Under the pieces are notes generated by a model. The model was not told the DNA's origin, searched no databases, and was given only the letters and a program-made list of their open reading frames with translations. Positions 25,638 to 38,109 of a DNA stretch of 64,000 nt are shown here, in pieces (position 1 is the first letter of the stretch; every line of letters starts with the position of its first letter). This DNA comes from Marsupella aquatica (Eukaryota > Plantae > Marchantiophyta), in NCBI GenBank assembly GCA_973895155.1, contig OZ316892.1, positions 19,259,457-19,323,456 of the forward strand, in the 5' to 3' direction. Both the position numbers and the translations under genes were made by a program.

Positions 25638-27471
25638 AAAGCTGCAGCCGGTTCCACGGAAATGGATTTTATACTGACATTGTTCTGTATGGAATGAGGA
25701 ATTTCATTTGTGTGATCCACTCATTGGTTGAATGGTCAGCCCACTCACCATTCGCAGGCTTGATAATTAGAGAGAAGCAGGGCATTGTTTTTAGTAATTT
25801 AGTGCTCGCAGTCGCACCAATGAGCTGTGAATTTCGGCCGGGTGTAGCTACTTGTGCACGTAGTAGGTGGCACTCGACCAGCAGTGGTTTTGAGCAGTGG
25901 AGGATTGGTGGATAGTTTGCCACATTGCAACCTGGCATCCTAATTGTCTGTAAGATGCTCAAGAGTTGTTAGGATTAGTGAGTTGTATTAAGAACATTTA
26001 GTTGCACGCAAGAAGGTAGCAGCACAAGACTAGCATGGAATACAGGTGTTGTCTTTGTTCTTCGCATGACGGCGGAGGTCAACTGGAAGATTGTAATGAA
26101 ATTGATTCTCAAATGGTGGAATTTTGTTAAAGCCGCCCCGTTCTTCTATTTTCCAATTCAATGCAGGACTCTAAAAGATAAAGACGTACTGTCCACTGTA
26201 CTAATGTTCCGGGTAAGCAACTTGCTGCATCATGTCTTCGTCACGCAGGTGCTCTCATTTTCAGTATGACATGTTAATGAAGTCCTTGCAATATTTGTTT
26301 GGACAAAAGACCTAGACAACGCCGGGAAATTAGAAGTTACGTACACTCATGCCCAGGGTCCTTTGACAGACCGATTGCCAAGTACTCCGTATTACTGAGA
26401 ACAGAATGGTCTTGATAGTGAATGATAAACAGTCAAAATTCATTGACGTTCTTTATCAGTACTCAGAAGATGAGGCTACAGCTATAGTACTTTCACTTTT
26501 CCGAAACACCTGCATCGAGGTTGAAATTATTTGTCATGCCTCGAAGAACACTGAAACGCCATTGCTGCCAAATCATACATGTGTTCAATTTTGGGCAGGA
26601 GGCTCTCACGAACCTATACCTTCGTTTCAGACTAATTCACGGGTTGAGAAATTTCGTAAGCTATGCGATTGAGGCTGATTGTTGGTCTCAAGGCATAGCT
26701 TACTTCTGATCTAAGGCTTAATCGGATTGGCTTTTCCAAGAATAGTCCACCTGTTTGAGCATCTATGAAGAACAATGTCTCTGTTTGAAAGGAGCGCTGT
26801 TGTGAGCTGAGTACTTCAGTACCTCATAATCGCAAACCAACTTAAAGGGAACATAGAACGAACATTGTAAGTTTACAAAACTTCCGGCATTAGCAGTTAG
26901 GACTGCAAGAGATTTAGAACATTATTGGTCTCATGGCTGGATAGGATACCTGTCGACACTTGGGTTCGATCATTCATTCATTGCTTCTGACACACTACGA
27001 CTGATTGGTACTTAAAAAGCAAATTTTACAACAATTTTTCTCCAGAGCCCGGGAACAGATATTCTAGTGTAGGTTGCATGGGGACAGTCCCTTTACTGAC
27101 TGTTGAAACCTCCATAAAGTATAGACGGACCCACCACCTTGCAAGCACGAAGTCCTGGCTCTGGGAAAGGCCATAAAGACAAAATACATGACCGACCAAG
27201 GCGCGTTGATTGGACGGAAACTGCAGTCTAAAGTAACTGAAAGGCTGAATAAAGAGCAACTTGCTCAGAGCCAATATGGAACTTATTGCTCCGCAAACTG
27301 AGACTTGCTCCTTCGATGAAGCTCCGCAAATTGAAAAGCCCTGGTAGCTGTCAGTTGCGCAAATAAGATCTGGCGGCCGTCAATCCGAACTCTTGACATC
27401 TGGGACTCATATGAAAACCATTTTGAACCACTACACTTCGACAGCTCGACACTAACAACACATTTCTGGAC

Positions 27472-27559
27472 TGCTTCATAATTGATTCCCTCGTTGCTTC
27501 ATAATTGATTCCCTCGTTGCAGATAATTGATTCCTCGTTGCAGATAATTGCTTCCCTCG
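27472..27559. repeat. Minisatellite, ~21-23-bp unit x4
   Basis: tgcttcataattgattccctcgt twice exactly, then two variants (tgcagataattg...). Confidence 0.9.
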
Positions 27560-28397
27560 GTTTCGAAGTGTCCAGACGAGGCAGAAGGTACCGGAATGTT
27601 TGGTTCTTAAATGTTATTGTTCTGCAAAAGATGGGTCGTTCGACAATACATTTTCCCGCAAATCTCCGCGTCTAAACTGCTTAGTGTGACAATATAATCA
27701 GTACATCTGCGCGAATAAGCAGTAAGGACCAAGTGATGGATCCAACTGTCGTCAAAGAAATGAGTTCCAAGGATTGCTTTCTCGTGTCTTTTGACCCCTC
27801 AAATGATACGTCAAGCTGCTTCTTGCAGTGACTTGTAAACTCTTTTCAAGTAGCCATAGTTTGCAAATGTTGTTAAAGCTTAGTGAAATTCCATACACTA
27901 AAAGCCGACCAAGGACAAAAGATTACATCGTTGTTTTTCCAAGAAAGTGTTTCGTCCTGCCCAAAAGAAGGCAATGACTTGGACACTAGTTAGTATGATA
28001 AGACGAGACCGGTCATACACCAAAGTGCAGCTGTAATCCCGCAGATATTTGACGAGCATATGCCCATCGCACTTCATTTCAAGGGTCAGCATGTCTAGAG
28101 ATCTGTCAATGCTTTCAAGAACGGTGGAGATGTGTCAAGAGAATCGCTGATCAACTGTACTTTGAACAAGAATCAAGCAAAACATCTCACCACGTTGCTG
28201 CTTGCAGACGAAGTGAAGACTTGAATATTATTATTCAATTCACATTTGCTCATGGACCGTACAAGCAAAGATGTATCCTCCACAAACTCATTAGTTTTCC
28301 AAAAATTACCAACCCTTACTCAAACGAAATCGCTGTACATATCTACAGTTCAATTTCCTGAAACAAAGCCATCAAAACCTGGATCGCATGGACAACC

Positions 28398-31300
28398 CTA
28401 CATCCGATGATGGTTCTTTAGCCACTGGTTTTCAGACACTGGTCTCAACAGTCCTCTCCTCTTCTCATCGGCAATTGTGGTGAAAGGACCTCCATAGTCA
28501 TGTCCAGGGTATACTCTGCAGGTGAGCAATTGTCGACCACGTAAGTATTCTTATCGCATATCTCATGTCAAAGGATGTTGGCCATTAGCGAATGAAGGTA
28601 CTGTAGATATTCTAAATAGAAAGAAGGGTAGAAAAAGGAATTCAACTATCAGTGTGAATTCCACAGATACACAGACTGGCTTTCTTAATCAACGTCCAAA
28701 TCATAAAAAGAAGAACTTCGAAATTGGCGTAAGTTGAAGGTACTCACTTGGTGTTGTCAGGTAAGCTCGCAAGCTTTTTCTGAAGACTAATATACATAGC
28801 TTTAGGATCACAATCAGGAAAGTCCAGCCTCCCACAACTGCCATACACCAATGATGTGAATCATAAAATCCCTCCTCCAACTATTATCAAAATCGCAGAA
28901 AGAAAAATTTCAAACTAAATCTTTGTTGGGATCAGGGTCACAGTTTGCAAACCAACCTTCCAATGAAAAGTGTATCTCCCGACAGTAGGATGTCTTGATC
29001 AGCTCTGTGCACAGAAGCCAAATGAAGTATAAGCAACCTTCTGAATATCGCTTTCGGTCTTGTAAAATTGGCATGAGAGGAAAAACGGAGAACCAACGTA
29101 GGCAGTAATCTTACTTCAGATTCCGATTCAGCAGCCCTAATAAAGACATAAGCGGACAAAACGAGGAAACGAAATCGATTCCTTCGGCACAAGACACTCC
29201 GTAGTAGGAATAACTTATCAGGTAAACCCACACACGGACTTGCCTTGGTATGTGAATGCACTGACTGCCTGGGGTGTGACCCGGAGTATGAATAAAATGG
29301 AATTTGATACTCCCAATGTTGATAACGGCCGAGTCCTGGAAAAATCGACAGAGATCTGTCAGAAAAATCATCCACAAGGAACTCCTCTCAGTTTGACCTT
29401 ACAGGCATTACCAAACTAGCACCATGATGTCGATGCCGCTCTCTGAGAAAACCAACATCCCTATGGTCCTGTCTACTTGAAACCTACCCTCTTGTAAAAG
29501 TAGTCCTCACCAACTTTTCGAACTGTTTGGTCCAGGATCAAGACATTTCCGTTCTCGCGCTAGTAATCTTTGATGCAAAACCATTTCAATTCATGGGCAA
29601 CATGGTTGAAACGATAATTTAGACACCTGAATGCTACAGTAAATAAGTCCGAATTCTACCACGAGAGTGACCAACGATAATCACATTCAACAGAAAACCA
29701 TGGTTACACCAACAAATGTGCTACTGCTGGACCAGGCTGGAGGAAAAAGGGTATTGAACAGTATTGAATGTCATGAAGTGGTTGTTGCAACGGTACCTAA
29801 CGTATTGTATTAGGACAAGACATCGCGCAATTGGTCTAAAACGTGAATTCTGGCATTCAACAGTTGAATATTTCACACCAGTTGCTTTCCATGAAAATGG
29901 CTAGATACCTCAAGCATAACCATTGATGCAGCTGGGACACCATTTTTAACGCGCACTGTCTCGGCATCATTTTTGTTGATGTATACCTGCCACGGAATCG
30001 CAAATTTAACCACAATCGCTGCTTCATGACAACTTAGGCTTGAACTTACAAATGATCAACAGAGTGCGTAAAATTGATAATTTTAAAATCAAAAGTCTTC
30101 ATTGAGTTAAGGGAACAATCGTCAGACACACTAAGCTTTGGTGACCGATGCAATATGAAGGTATAGACTATCTCTGACAACTAAAGCAATAAATGTATTG
30201 AAAGGTGTCAAAGACCCTAAGCGAAGCTACCAGAAAGTCGCATATGACCTTCAGATACGCACCTTAACTTTGTCATCCATTGCAAGCTCCCGGACACCCG
30301 GTACTTTTATCCCAAGAGAGTCAAAAGGTGGGGGAGGAGTACCACCAACATGATCGAAGTGATAGTGGGTCACAATTGCTCCAACCTGTGACGGTCAATT
30401 AATAAATTATGGAAGGGTGATTAATAAAATACCGTTGCAGACAGCGTCTCAAATTGACCCATGTCAGATACTAGACACACCAAAGGTCAAATCAATCACA
30501 GCAACAGTTTGTGTGCTGCAAACAAAACCACAACACCTTTTGAGACATGCCTAGTTGTAGCAATCTATACTAAATACACCAAATCTCGTACATGCTATTC
30601 AACTACAACAATTGCTTCAACACCATGCATTGTTTAGGGATGGCGAGAATAAAAATACTAAGAAATTACCAGCTTCATGTTGTCTGCAGCCACCATGGCC
30701 TTGATACCCTGAATAGATTCCCACCCATACCAAACAAGATTAGAGGAATTTTATTTTGCACTGTCCGATGCATGAATCCATTACCTAGCCTGCAAGCTTT
30801 TCCTACCACTTATGGAGCCATGAACAAGCCACCAACTCAAACGACACTAGGGAAACAAGTAGGAAGAGTCCAGTCCCATACATTTACATCCCATGCAGCA
30901 TCCACAACCACACATTCGCGTGTTTTGGCATCCCCAATCAAGTAAACAAAATTCTGCATTTGCTCTGCACTGCTGAAAATCTGCATTGTGGCAACCACAG
31001 GTAAATGACTAGGATGAAGCAGGTAACCTACTTAATAGAAGTGAGAGCCCAAAATGACAATTAGACAAAATAATCTACATGTAACTGATCTTATTTTCAA
31101 TGCTATGAAAGATATCACCTTGATCACAAACCTATGAACAGATGCTCAGAAAGACAGACCTGACGTTCAACTATATTTGTCGGTGACAGACAGAAGTCCC
31201 GTGCAGGAAAAAGCTGAGTCACAATCATTTACAACATCGCACCGGATGGTCAGAACAGTTCTTAACCTCACTGATAATGCTACGAGCCCCGTACTGAACC

Positions 31301-33219
31301 TTTCCACAAAGAGAACGAAGAAGTATATCACCAAAATAAGAAAAGTGAGGCCTCCTACATATGAGAAGTAACCACAAGAGGGACAAAGTCCTCGTATCCT
31401 TTAGCAATCCCAAACAAATCCCAAACAAGTCGTACTGAAGCCCAAGTTCCGATTTTCCAATTGTGACGTCCATATTAGCTATTAGTTTCGAATTGTTGCC
31501 CATATTAGTTAGCCAACAAGAAACCCAATTGAAAGACTTCCCTATGTCTGCTGGTGTTGAAGGTGGATAATTAACGTTTTTATCACCTTCTAATGAGCCT
31601 CACCCTACTCGTTGTGAATGAGTCTTGATTTCTGTTTTGATAGTAGACTGTTAAGTTCATTGTCTTTTCCAAGAAATCAAATTCACAATTTGATATTTAA
31701 TTTTTGATCTTCATAAGCATAGGATTGCAAAGGTATCTCCCATTCCAGAGGATGTCCCCTTTAGATCGACTTCACTAGTGGCATCTACACACATCGCCCA
31801 GATGAACAAGGAGCACTTCAAGTTGGACCAAGCCCCCTGACAGTGGAGGGACCAAACCACCGGACTGAACGGTTTACGTGACATATTTCCAAAAATTGAC
31901 ACAGGTAAATTGCCGTCCATTCTAACCTGTCGGAAATAGAACCCATCCACGGCCTCTTGAGCAAGAGCGACCTTCTTCTTGATGGTAGCATCGTCTGGTG
32001 ACTGGAAGGACAATCAGATGACCTTCATTAGGACTGCACATTTTTTCTTAAATGGTTTCATTACGAGTGTCCAAAAATAGTAGAAAAGCGTGAAGCTTCC
32101 TACAAAACATCATGAGGTTGTAAAGCAGATAAGATTAGCATATTTTGAACTTCCAGCAACGACGCCAGGTAGGACGTAACTGACGATGAGCATACCAACT
32201 CAGAAGCTTTAGAATAATCCTTCGCTGCTTTAGTGTATTCCTTTAAAGCAAAGTTTGCCTCTCCACGCCTGAAATAGCCCTGTCAAAAGATTCTCAAGCC
32301 CTTCTTAAGCACTATAAAAACGGAAAAGCACACAAATATCAAACAATGCAAATAAGGATATGAAATCTGCAATCACACGCAGATAAGAGTAGGTCATTCA
32401 ATTCTTATTTGAAGCAAAGAAAAGCGACATACTATCTAGCTCGCAAAATCTGGACCAAATTGATATGAAGGAATGAGCATTATGGATATAAACAAGTGCA
32501 CAGAGCAAAATGAGGTAGGAAGTGAGCAGCTCTCACCTTACTCCAGGTGTTTCTAGTGGCCACTGTCTTGTCTGCTTCCTCCGCAGCCTGTACGGGGTTC
32601 AATGTGACAACATGTCATGACCAAAATTTGTTTACTTCAACTTTTACTTCAACTAAACCCTAACAGACAATTCCTAAATTTCAGCTCAGGGCACAAACAA
32701 TCACTCCCTACACGGCCCTTCACCACATGTGTCCATCACACTGTGAGCGAGGAGAACCAGGTAGTTAAGATACAGATTGGATAAGTGACACATTAGACAG
32801 CCAGATCACTCCATGCACGGCCCTTCTCCGCATGTTTCCATCACACTGAGCGAGGAGAACCAGGTACTTAAGATAAAGATCGGATCAGTGACACATCAGA
32901 GAGCCAGACAAAAGGAAGAGTATCGATTCACGGACCAGTGCTCAGCCCCAATCTTTGAAGAGAAATATAATCGCTACAAGCCCCATCGAAATCCATACTT
33001 TTAACGACTGAATAGCACGAGACTCTAATCTCAGCTCACCTCCTGAAATTGCCCAAGCTTGAGGTGAGTGAAGGACATGTTGCTATGGAGGGTGGCCAGC
33101 TCATCAGCCCCGGCGACGTCACCAGCGGCTGCAAGTGCCTGCTGATAGTGATCAAGAGCGAGGCTGTAGTTCCCTTGACGCACTGCATCATTGCCTGCAG
33201 CTTTGAGAGCGTCGGCCAT
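28398..33219 (-). CDS. TPR domain fused to metallo-beta-lactamase-fold hydrolase (glyoxalase II / hydroxyacylglutathione hydrolase-like), ~376 aa, 13 exons
   Basis: Exons 33219-33040, 32587-32537, 32279-32196, 32001-31927, 31213-31160, 30980-30882, 30708-30670, 30385-30263, 29986-29909, 29335-29244, 29004-28957, 28837-28748, 28515-28398 join into one frame (1131 nt). TPR: LKAAGNDAVRQGNY...LHSNMS...KGYFRRGEA. MBL: NFVYLIGD, THYHFDHVGG, HTPGHTPGS, SGDTLFIGSCGR, VYPGHDY. Confidence 0.9.
32700..32908. repeat. Intronic tandem duplication, ~105-bp unit x2
   Basis: tcactcc..cacggccctt...ccatcacactg(t)gagcgaggagaaccaggta.ttaagata...gtgacacat.aga.agccaga occurs twice in intron 1 of the TPR-MBL gene. 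Confidence 0.85.
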
Positions 33220-34602
33220 AGTATCACCTTCAAAGAGTCAGATGCACCTGCCCAAGAAGGTGGACTCAAGCGTAAAAGAACTTTCTTCAGAAAAAAACCT
33301 ACTCTTGAATCTCACATAATTTATTCAGGGGCTGTTCCAGTACAAACACCCAGAGCTCCCTTGACACCCAAACTTTGCACTATCTCATCGTCAACGGGTT
33401 TTTCAAACACGCCTAGCCTGAACACCTGAAAGAGATGTTCAAGTGTAATTCTACAACGCAGAGAGCCAAGGTCGGCACACCAGATGGCCTCAATCCCAGA
33501 CTCCAAATTACACATCGCTAGACACAATCAGCAAAATCTTCGTGGGCCCAAGTGATTAATGAGGCATTCAGACTCTTATTTTAAAATGTGAATTAACTTT
33601 GTCGGCATTGTACACATCTACTCACAGCTAGTCCTCTTGGAAACCGCAATAATTCAGTGAGATATGTGGAGCCCCCTCTGTCCAGACTCAACTTTATGAA
33701 GAAATAACCCATGAATCAGTACGTCAATGGCTTGATATAACAGCGAGTAGATTAAATCATTACCCAACCCATCCCTTTTCAAACAATCATGGGGAGAATC
33801 CGAATCTCCACCGTGGAAATTGGAAAAAATGTTGGATAGTTGCTGATTCATCCCAACAACAATGTCGGTTAAGGTAGGGCAAGGTAGGCTCTGACAACCC
33901 AACAGGACCAATCATCCGTCCCGGCTGGGCAACTGAGATGACGATGCAAAGGAAGGAAGAATGATTGAATGACATAATTCTTACCAGCGATGACTCGCAT
34001 CATGTGGATACTCTCGGCTTTTTTAAACATTCTGAAACTGATCCAGCCAACAATGAGCCAACCCACACCTTTCCGGAGGAGGGGAACGGCTACCGCGCCA
34101 AGGGACGAAGGGACAGGGGCCTCACCACTTTTCTGCCCCCATCTGAGCTCCGTTTTCACCAGACTTTTCCACATCTTTGCGTGTTCGTTCTCAGTCACTC
34201 AAACGCAACAAACAAACACATGCAGGCAGGCAGCCTTCGAGGATTGAAAGATTTCCCCAAAAGAGGATTCAAGAAGAACAGGAAGCAGAACAAGAATCAC
34301 AAGAAGAAGAGGCGGGTATCACTGGGGCGAGAGCAATCAAGCGTTCTCTGTCGGTGCAGCACAGGGAGGATTAGGCAAGGCACCTTCAGTCGAGGAGTCG
34401 CCAGCCAACACGAAGAGCCTGAGCGCCAAAGAAGAAGAGCACCGCGAACACAATTCCTAAGGCCTCGAGATCCCAAAAGACGAGCAAAATCAGATCCCCA
34501 ACACCTGCAAAAAGTCTCCTGCTTGGACGATCTCGACAACCCAATGCAATATGAACAACCTCTTTCCTTTCTCTCTTTCTCTGACTACTGTGCCACCTTG
34601 CC

Positions 34603-34638
34603 AGGAGAGGAGAGGAGAGGAGAGGAGAGGAGAGGAGA
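34603..34638. repeat. (AGGAG)7 microsatellite
   Basis: Read directly from the sequence. Confidence 0.9.
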
Positions 34639-35499
34639 TGCAGGCCGAGAGCAAAAAAGTTTTTTTCAATGTTTCTTTCTTCCGTCTTTGTCCCGTCTGA
34701 AAGGCAAGAGTGTGTTGACACAATGTGCACAACTTCCGATCAGTTTAATTAACACAAAGAACTCTAATAGGAGTGAGAAAAGCTCTCCCTGAATGAGTGC
34801 TGAGAGGACAGTGGGCAGATGAGCCTTAATGAACACTTTCCTCACTGTACAATCCACCGATGGATACAAGTACTCACGATGGGGTACTCGATGTACAGGT
34901 ACAGACGGCACATTCTCAGATTCTCTGTGCAGATTGCTGTCCATATCTTCAGTACATTCCTGTACACCTCTCAGTAATACGGTCCTCTCTTTCCTCTTGT
35001 CTCGTCTACCCAACTTCCAAGTTCCAACAATCAGTCCTGGACTCTCTCATCTCTAGAAGAAACTTCCCATCTTCTAGGACCAAATTCCTTTTGATGACCC
35101 CTCATGCACTTTTACTCAGGACCATTACCAGGCCTTGCAGTGTAGTGTACTGCTCACTAGTGGGCTTTTTGGCTCTTTGGTCTTCATGGGGATTTTCCCT
35201 TGTGCTCTTCAGTCTCTTATCCTTGGAATCTTGTTTCTCATTAGGCACTCTTTCTTCTTTGGTAACTTGCTTTGTATATTGAGAGTTTAGTCCCGAGATC
35301 TTTACTTATCTAACTCATTCACAGAATGCTCCAACTGGAAATTAAATAGTCTATTAATTTGCAGAATATAGTTACTGTTCATTCCATCTCATTCTTTTTC
35401 AGAACAAAAGTAGGACAAGAACATAGCCACGTACACCTTGACAAAACAGTGCTCACTATCCAGGAAAGGAAAATTTGTGATTCAATTTTTTCCAACAGA

Positions 35500-36150
35500 G
35501 TGCTTGGATGGCAACATGGATTAATAATACACTTTTCTTTTCTGCCCAATCCAATGATCAGGGGACTTGACGGCCCAAGCATTTTGAGAGAGCTTGTTCT
35601 TGGCATTGAAAAGCTAAATCTAGATGAACATGTAGTTCATGAAGATAGAGGGCAACATGGATCAGTCTGACACTTTTCTCTGGTGCCCAATCTGGACTAC
35701 CAGGGGACTTGACTGCCCAAGCATTTTGAGAGGGAGTTTTGTCCCATTGAAAACTAATTTAGATGAACATGTTCATGGAGTTGGCTGACAACATGGATCA
35801 ATCTTGCAGGTTTCTCTTCCGCCCAATCAACAATGAAGGGACTTGACTGTCCAAGCATTTTGATTGAGATTGTAGTTGGCATATAAAGCTAATTTCGATG
35901 AACATGTAGTTCATGGAGATGGAGGGCAACATAGATCAATCTAACACTGTTCTTTTGTGCCCAATCTGCACTGCCAGGGGACTTGACAGCCTATGCATGT
36001 TTTGAGAGATTGGTTTTTTGCATTCAAAGCTAATAAATTTAGATGACCATGTACTCCATGGAGATGGAGGGCAAAATGGATCAGTCTTACGATTTTCTCT
36101 TGTGTCAAAACTGGACTACCCGGGCACTAGATGGTCCAAGCATTTTGAAA
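35500..36150. repeat. Degenerate tandem repeat, ~135-145-bp unit, ~4.5 copies
   Basis: Anchor ggggacttgac..cccaagcattttgagag at ~35561, 35703, 35838, 35977, 36122; the shared motifs aagcta...gatgaacatgt..ttcatgga and caacatggatca recur in each unit. Confidence 0.85.
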
Positions 36151-36275
36151 ATATTTGTTCATGTCCTCTTAAATCCAAAAGGGAATTGCACGCCCATTCA
36201 CATGGGTCATGTCATGCTTAACCACACGACCTGTTATAAGAACACACAAAATTATACACGACTTGACTCGTATTA

Positions 36276-36451
36276 CTAGGAGAGTGCTGCTGTTGGACCA
36301 AGGAGTTTAGTCAAGTGTGTACCAAACCTGACAGTTAAACTTAGTCCTCCACCACCTACCCAATATGTACCCTCAACACCCTTATGCATGGTGGGGAATT
36401 GAATCTGAGACCCTTCAGTCCGCCCAATGCCCTGGCCACCTGAGCTACACC
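36276..36451 (-). mobile_element. Probable tRNA-derived SINE (head 36451-36386 plus body)
   Basis: Minus strand GGTGTAGCTCAGGTGG (A box) ... AGATTCAATTCC (degenerate B box) CCACCATGC; anticodon arm shortened, so not a functional tRNA. The 3' limit is uncertain. Confidence 0.55.
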
Positions 36452-36857
36452 ATTTACGCCCAGTCAAGTGGTTTTTGGAGAGAACTTCTGCCCTCCAGAT
36501 ATATTAAGTACTGCAGTACCAAATGGATAGTACCTCTATTATAACCCCTCATGGTCCTCAGATTTTAGCTTGATATGACCGTGCCTCTAATTTGGATGGC
36601 CACACAGCTTGTCCAAAGGGAAGGAGTGATCGAGAGGGGAAGGGTAGGTTTTCTAAGGGAGCCAAGATTTGCATCTTAGGCTAGGGCACTGTTGTTTTAG
36701 GTTTCATAGGATAGAACAAACCAAATCCAAGGGTGGGGGAAAATTTGACAAATTCGGAGTGGGTGTGGCAATGGTTTAGCGGCTCTCACATGTTGTGGAT
36801 AAGGGTTCAGCGTCATCACAATTGGGTTTGGTTTGGCTTGGGGTTGCTTAGAAATTT

Positions 36858-37124
36858 CAACACATCTATTAACATATTACCAAGGGCTTCTCCAGTAGAG
36901 TGTTGAATAATTTGTACTTATTCCAACACATCTATTAACATATTACCAAGGGCTTCTCCAGTAGAGTGTTGAATAATTTGTACTTATTCCAACACATCTA
37001 TTAACATATTACCAAGGGCTTCTCCAGTAGAGTGTTGAATAATTTGTACTTATTCCAACACATCTATTAACATATTACCAAGGGCTTCTCCAGTAGAGTG
37101 TTGAACAATTTGTGCTTATTCCAA
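36858..37124. repeat. Near-perfect tandem repeat, 66-bp unit x4
   Basis: caacacatctattaacatattaccaagggcttctccagtagagtgttgaataatttgtacttattc starts at 36858, 36924, 36990 and 37056; only the last copy differs (2 substitutions). Confidence 0.97.
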
Positions 37125-38109
37125 GTAGGTGAACCTTAAATTTTCAATTTTGGATTGTGTTCATTTGGCTGAAGAGTTTGAACTAAGCTAATGATGATTG
37201 AATCTTGTTTTGATCAATTTCTTCCAGTTTGAAGCACTAAATCCGAAGAATTATATGCATTTTTCTACAGGCTTGAAATAACATCGGGTCAGAATAGATT
37301 GTCTAGAGAGAGCTCAGACCTTCACAATAAAACTCTAGCCAAAACTGAAATCGCCCTGACAATGGCTATGCAACGGTGAAAGTTGTTATGCATATTGGAA
37401 TGCACCATGAAAAGAGCTTAGATTTAGATATAATCATAGGAGCTGTGAACTCTACTGGCTTGGTTGGGCACTGACTTTGCTTGGCTAGCAACGGGTCCAT
37501 ACAACGGGTCCACCATCATGACCACACGCTGCCATCATCTCACAGCAATTCTTTTCCCTGTATGTCAATATTTCAATAGGTGAGTGATATCTTGTCTGTG
37601 TCATTTGTAAAGCAGGCCACATGTCTGGAGTTTGTTGGTGACAACCCCATTATAGCAGGGGGAAGAAGTAGAATCATGTGTACTTGTGCAAATTCTTGGT
37701 CATTGGTCATTCTTTCACAGATTTCTTTATGAACAAAAAGGTCTACATAGAACAGGTTACAAATTCTGGTCTTCCTTGGGATCCAGCTTCAAATCGCCTT
37801 CTGTGTATGCTAATTCTCATTAATTTCGCATATGAATGTGCCTCTGCAAAACACCCAAACCCGGAGAACAAATATAGTTAAACACACTTTATCTGACTAT
37901 CTCATATTCTGAATCAGATATAGAATACATGATCTTTCAGATTTCAATCACTCACCAGAAGTGGACATAACAAAGATGACAGAATGTAGCTAATCTGCCT
38001 ACTGAAGTCAAGGTTCTACTCAGCACAAGGGTCGCGACTTACAAAACTCCAAGTTCAACAATCCGAGCTCTGCCGACTTCAGAAGTGAAGAAAGTGATTC
38101 TGTGCACTT

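Noticed and set aside
33965-34792. 275-aa ORF
   Set aside because: Low complexity, runs through an (AGGAG)n microsatellite, has overlapping ORFs in several frames and no recognisable domain; probably repeat-derived.
36386-36451. Functional tRNA gene
   Set aside because: Anticodon arm truncated and B box degenerate; treated as a SINE head. The same applies to 5366-5438.
36858-37124. CRISPR-like array
   Set aside because: Units are contiguous and identical with no spacers, there are no cas genes, and the DNA is eukaryotic.
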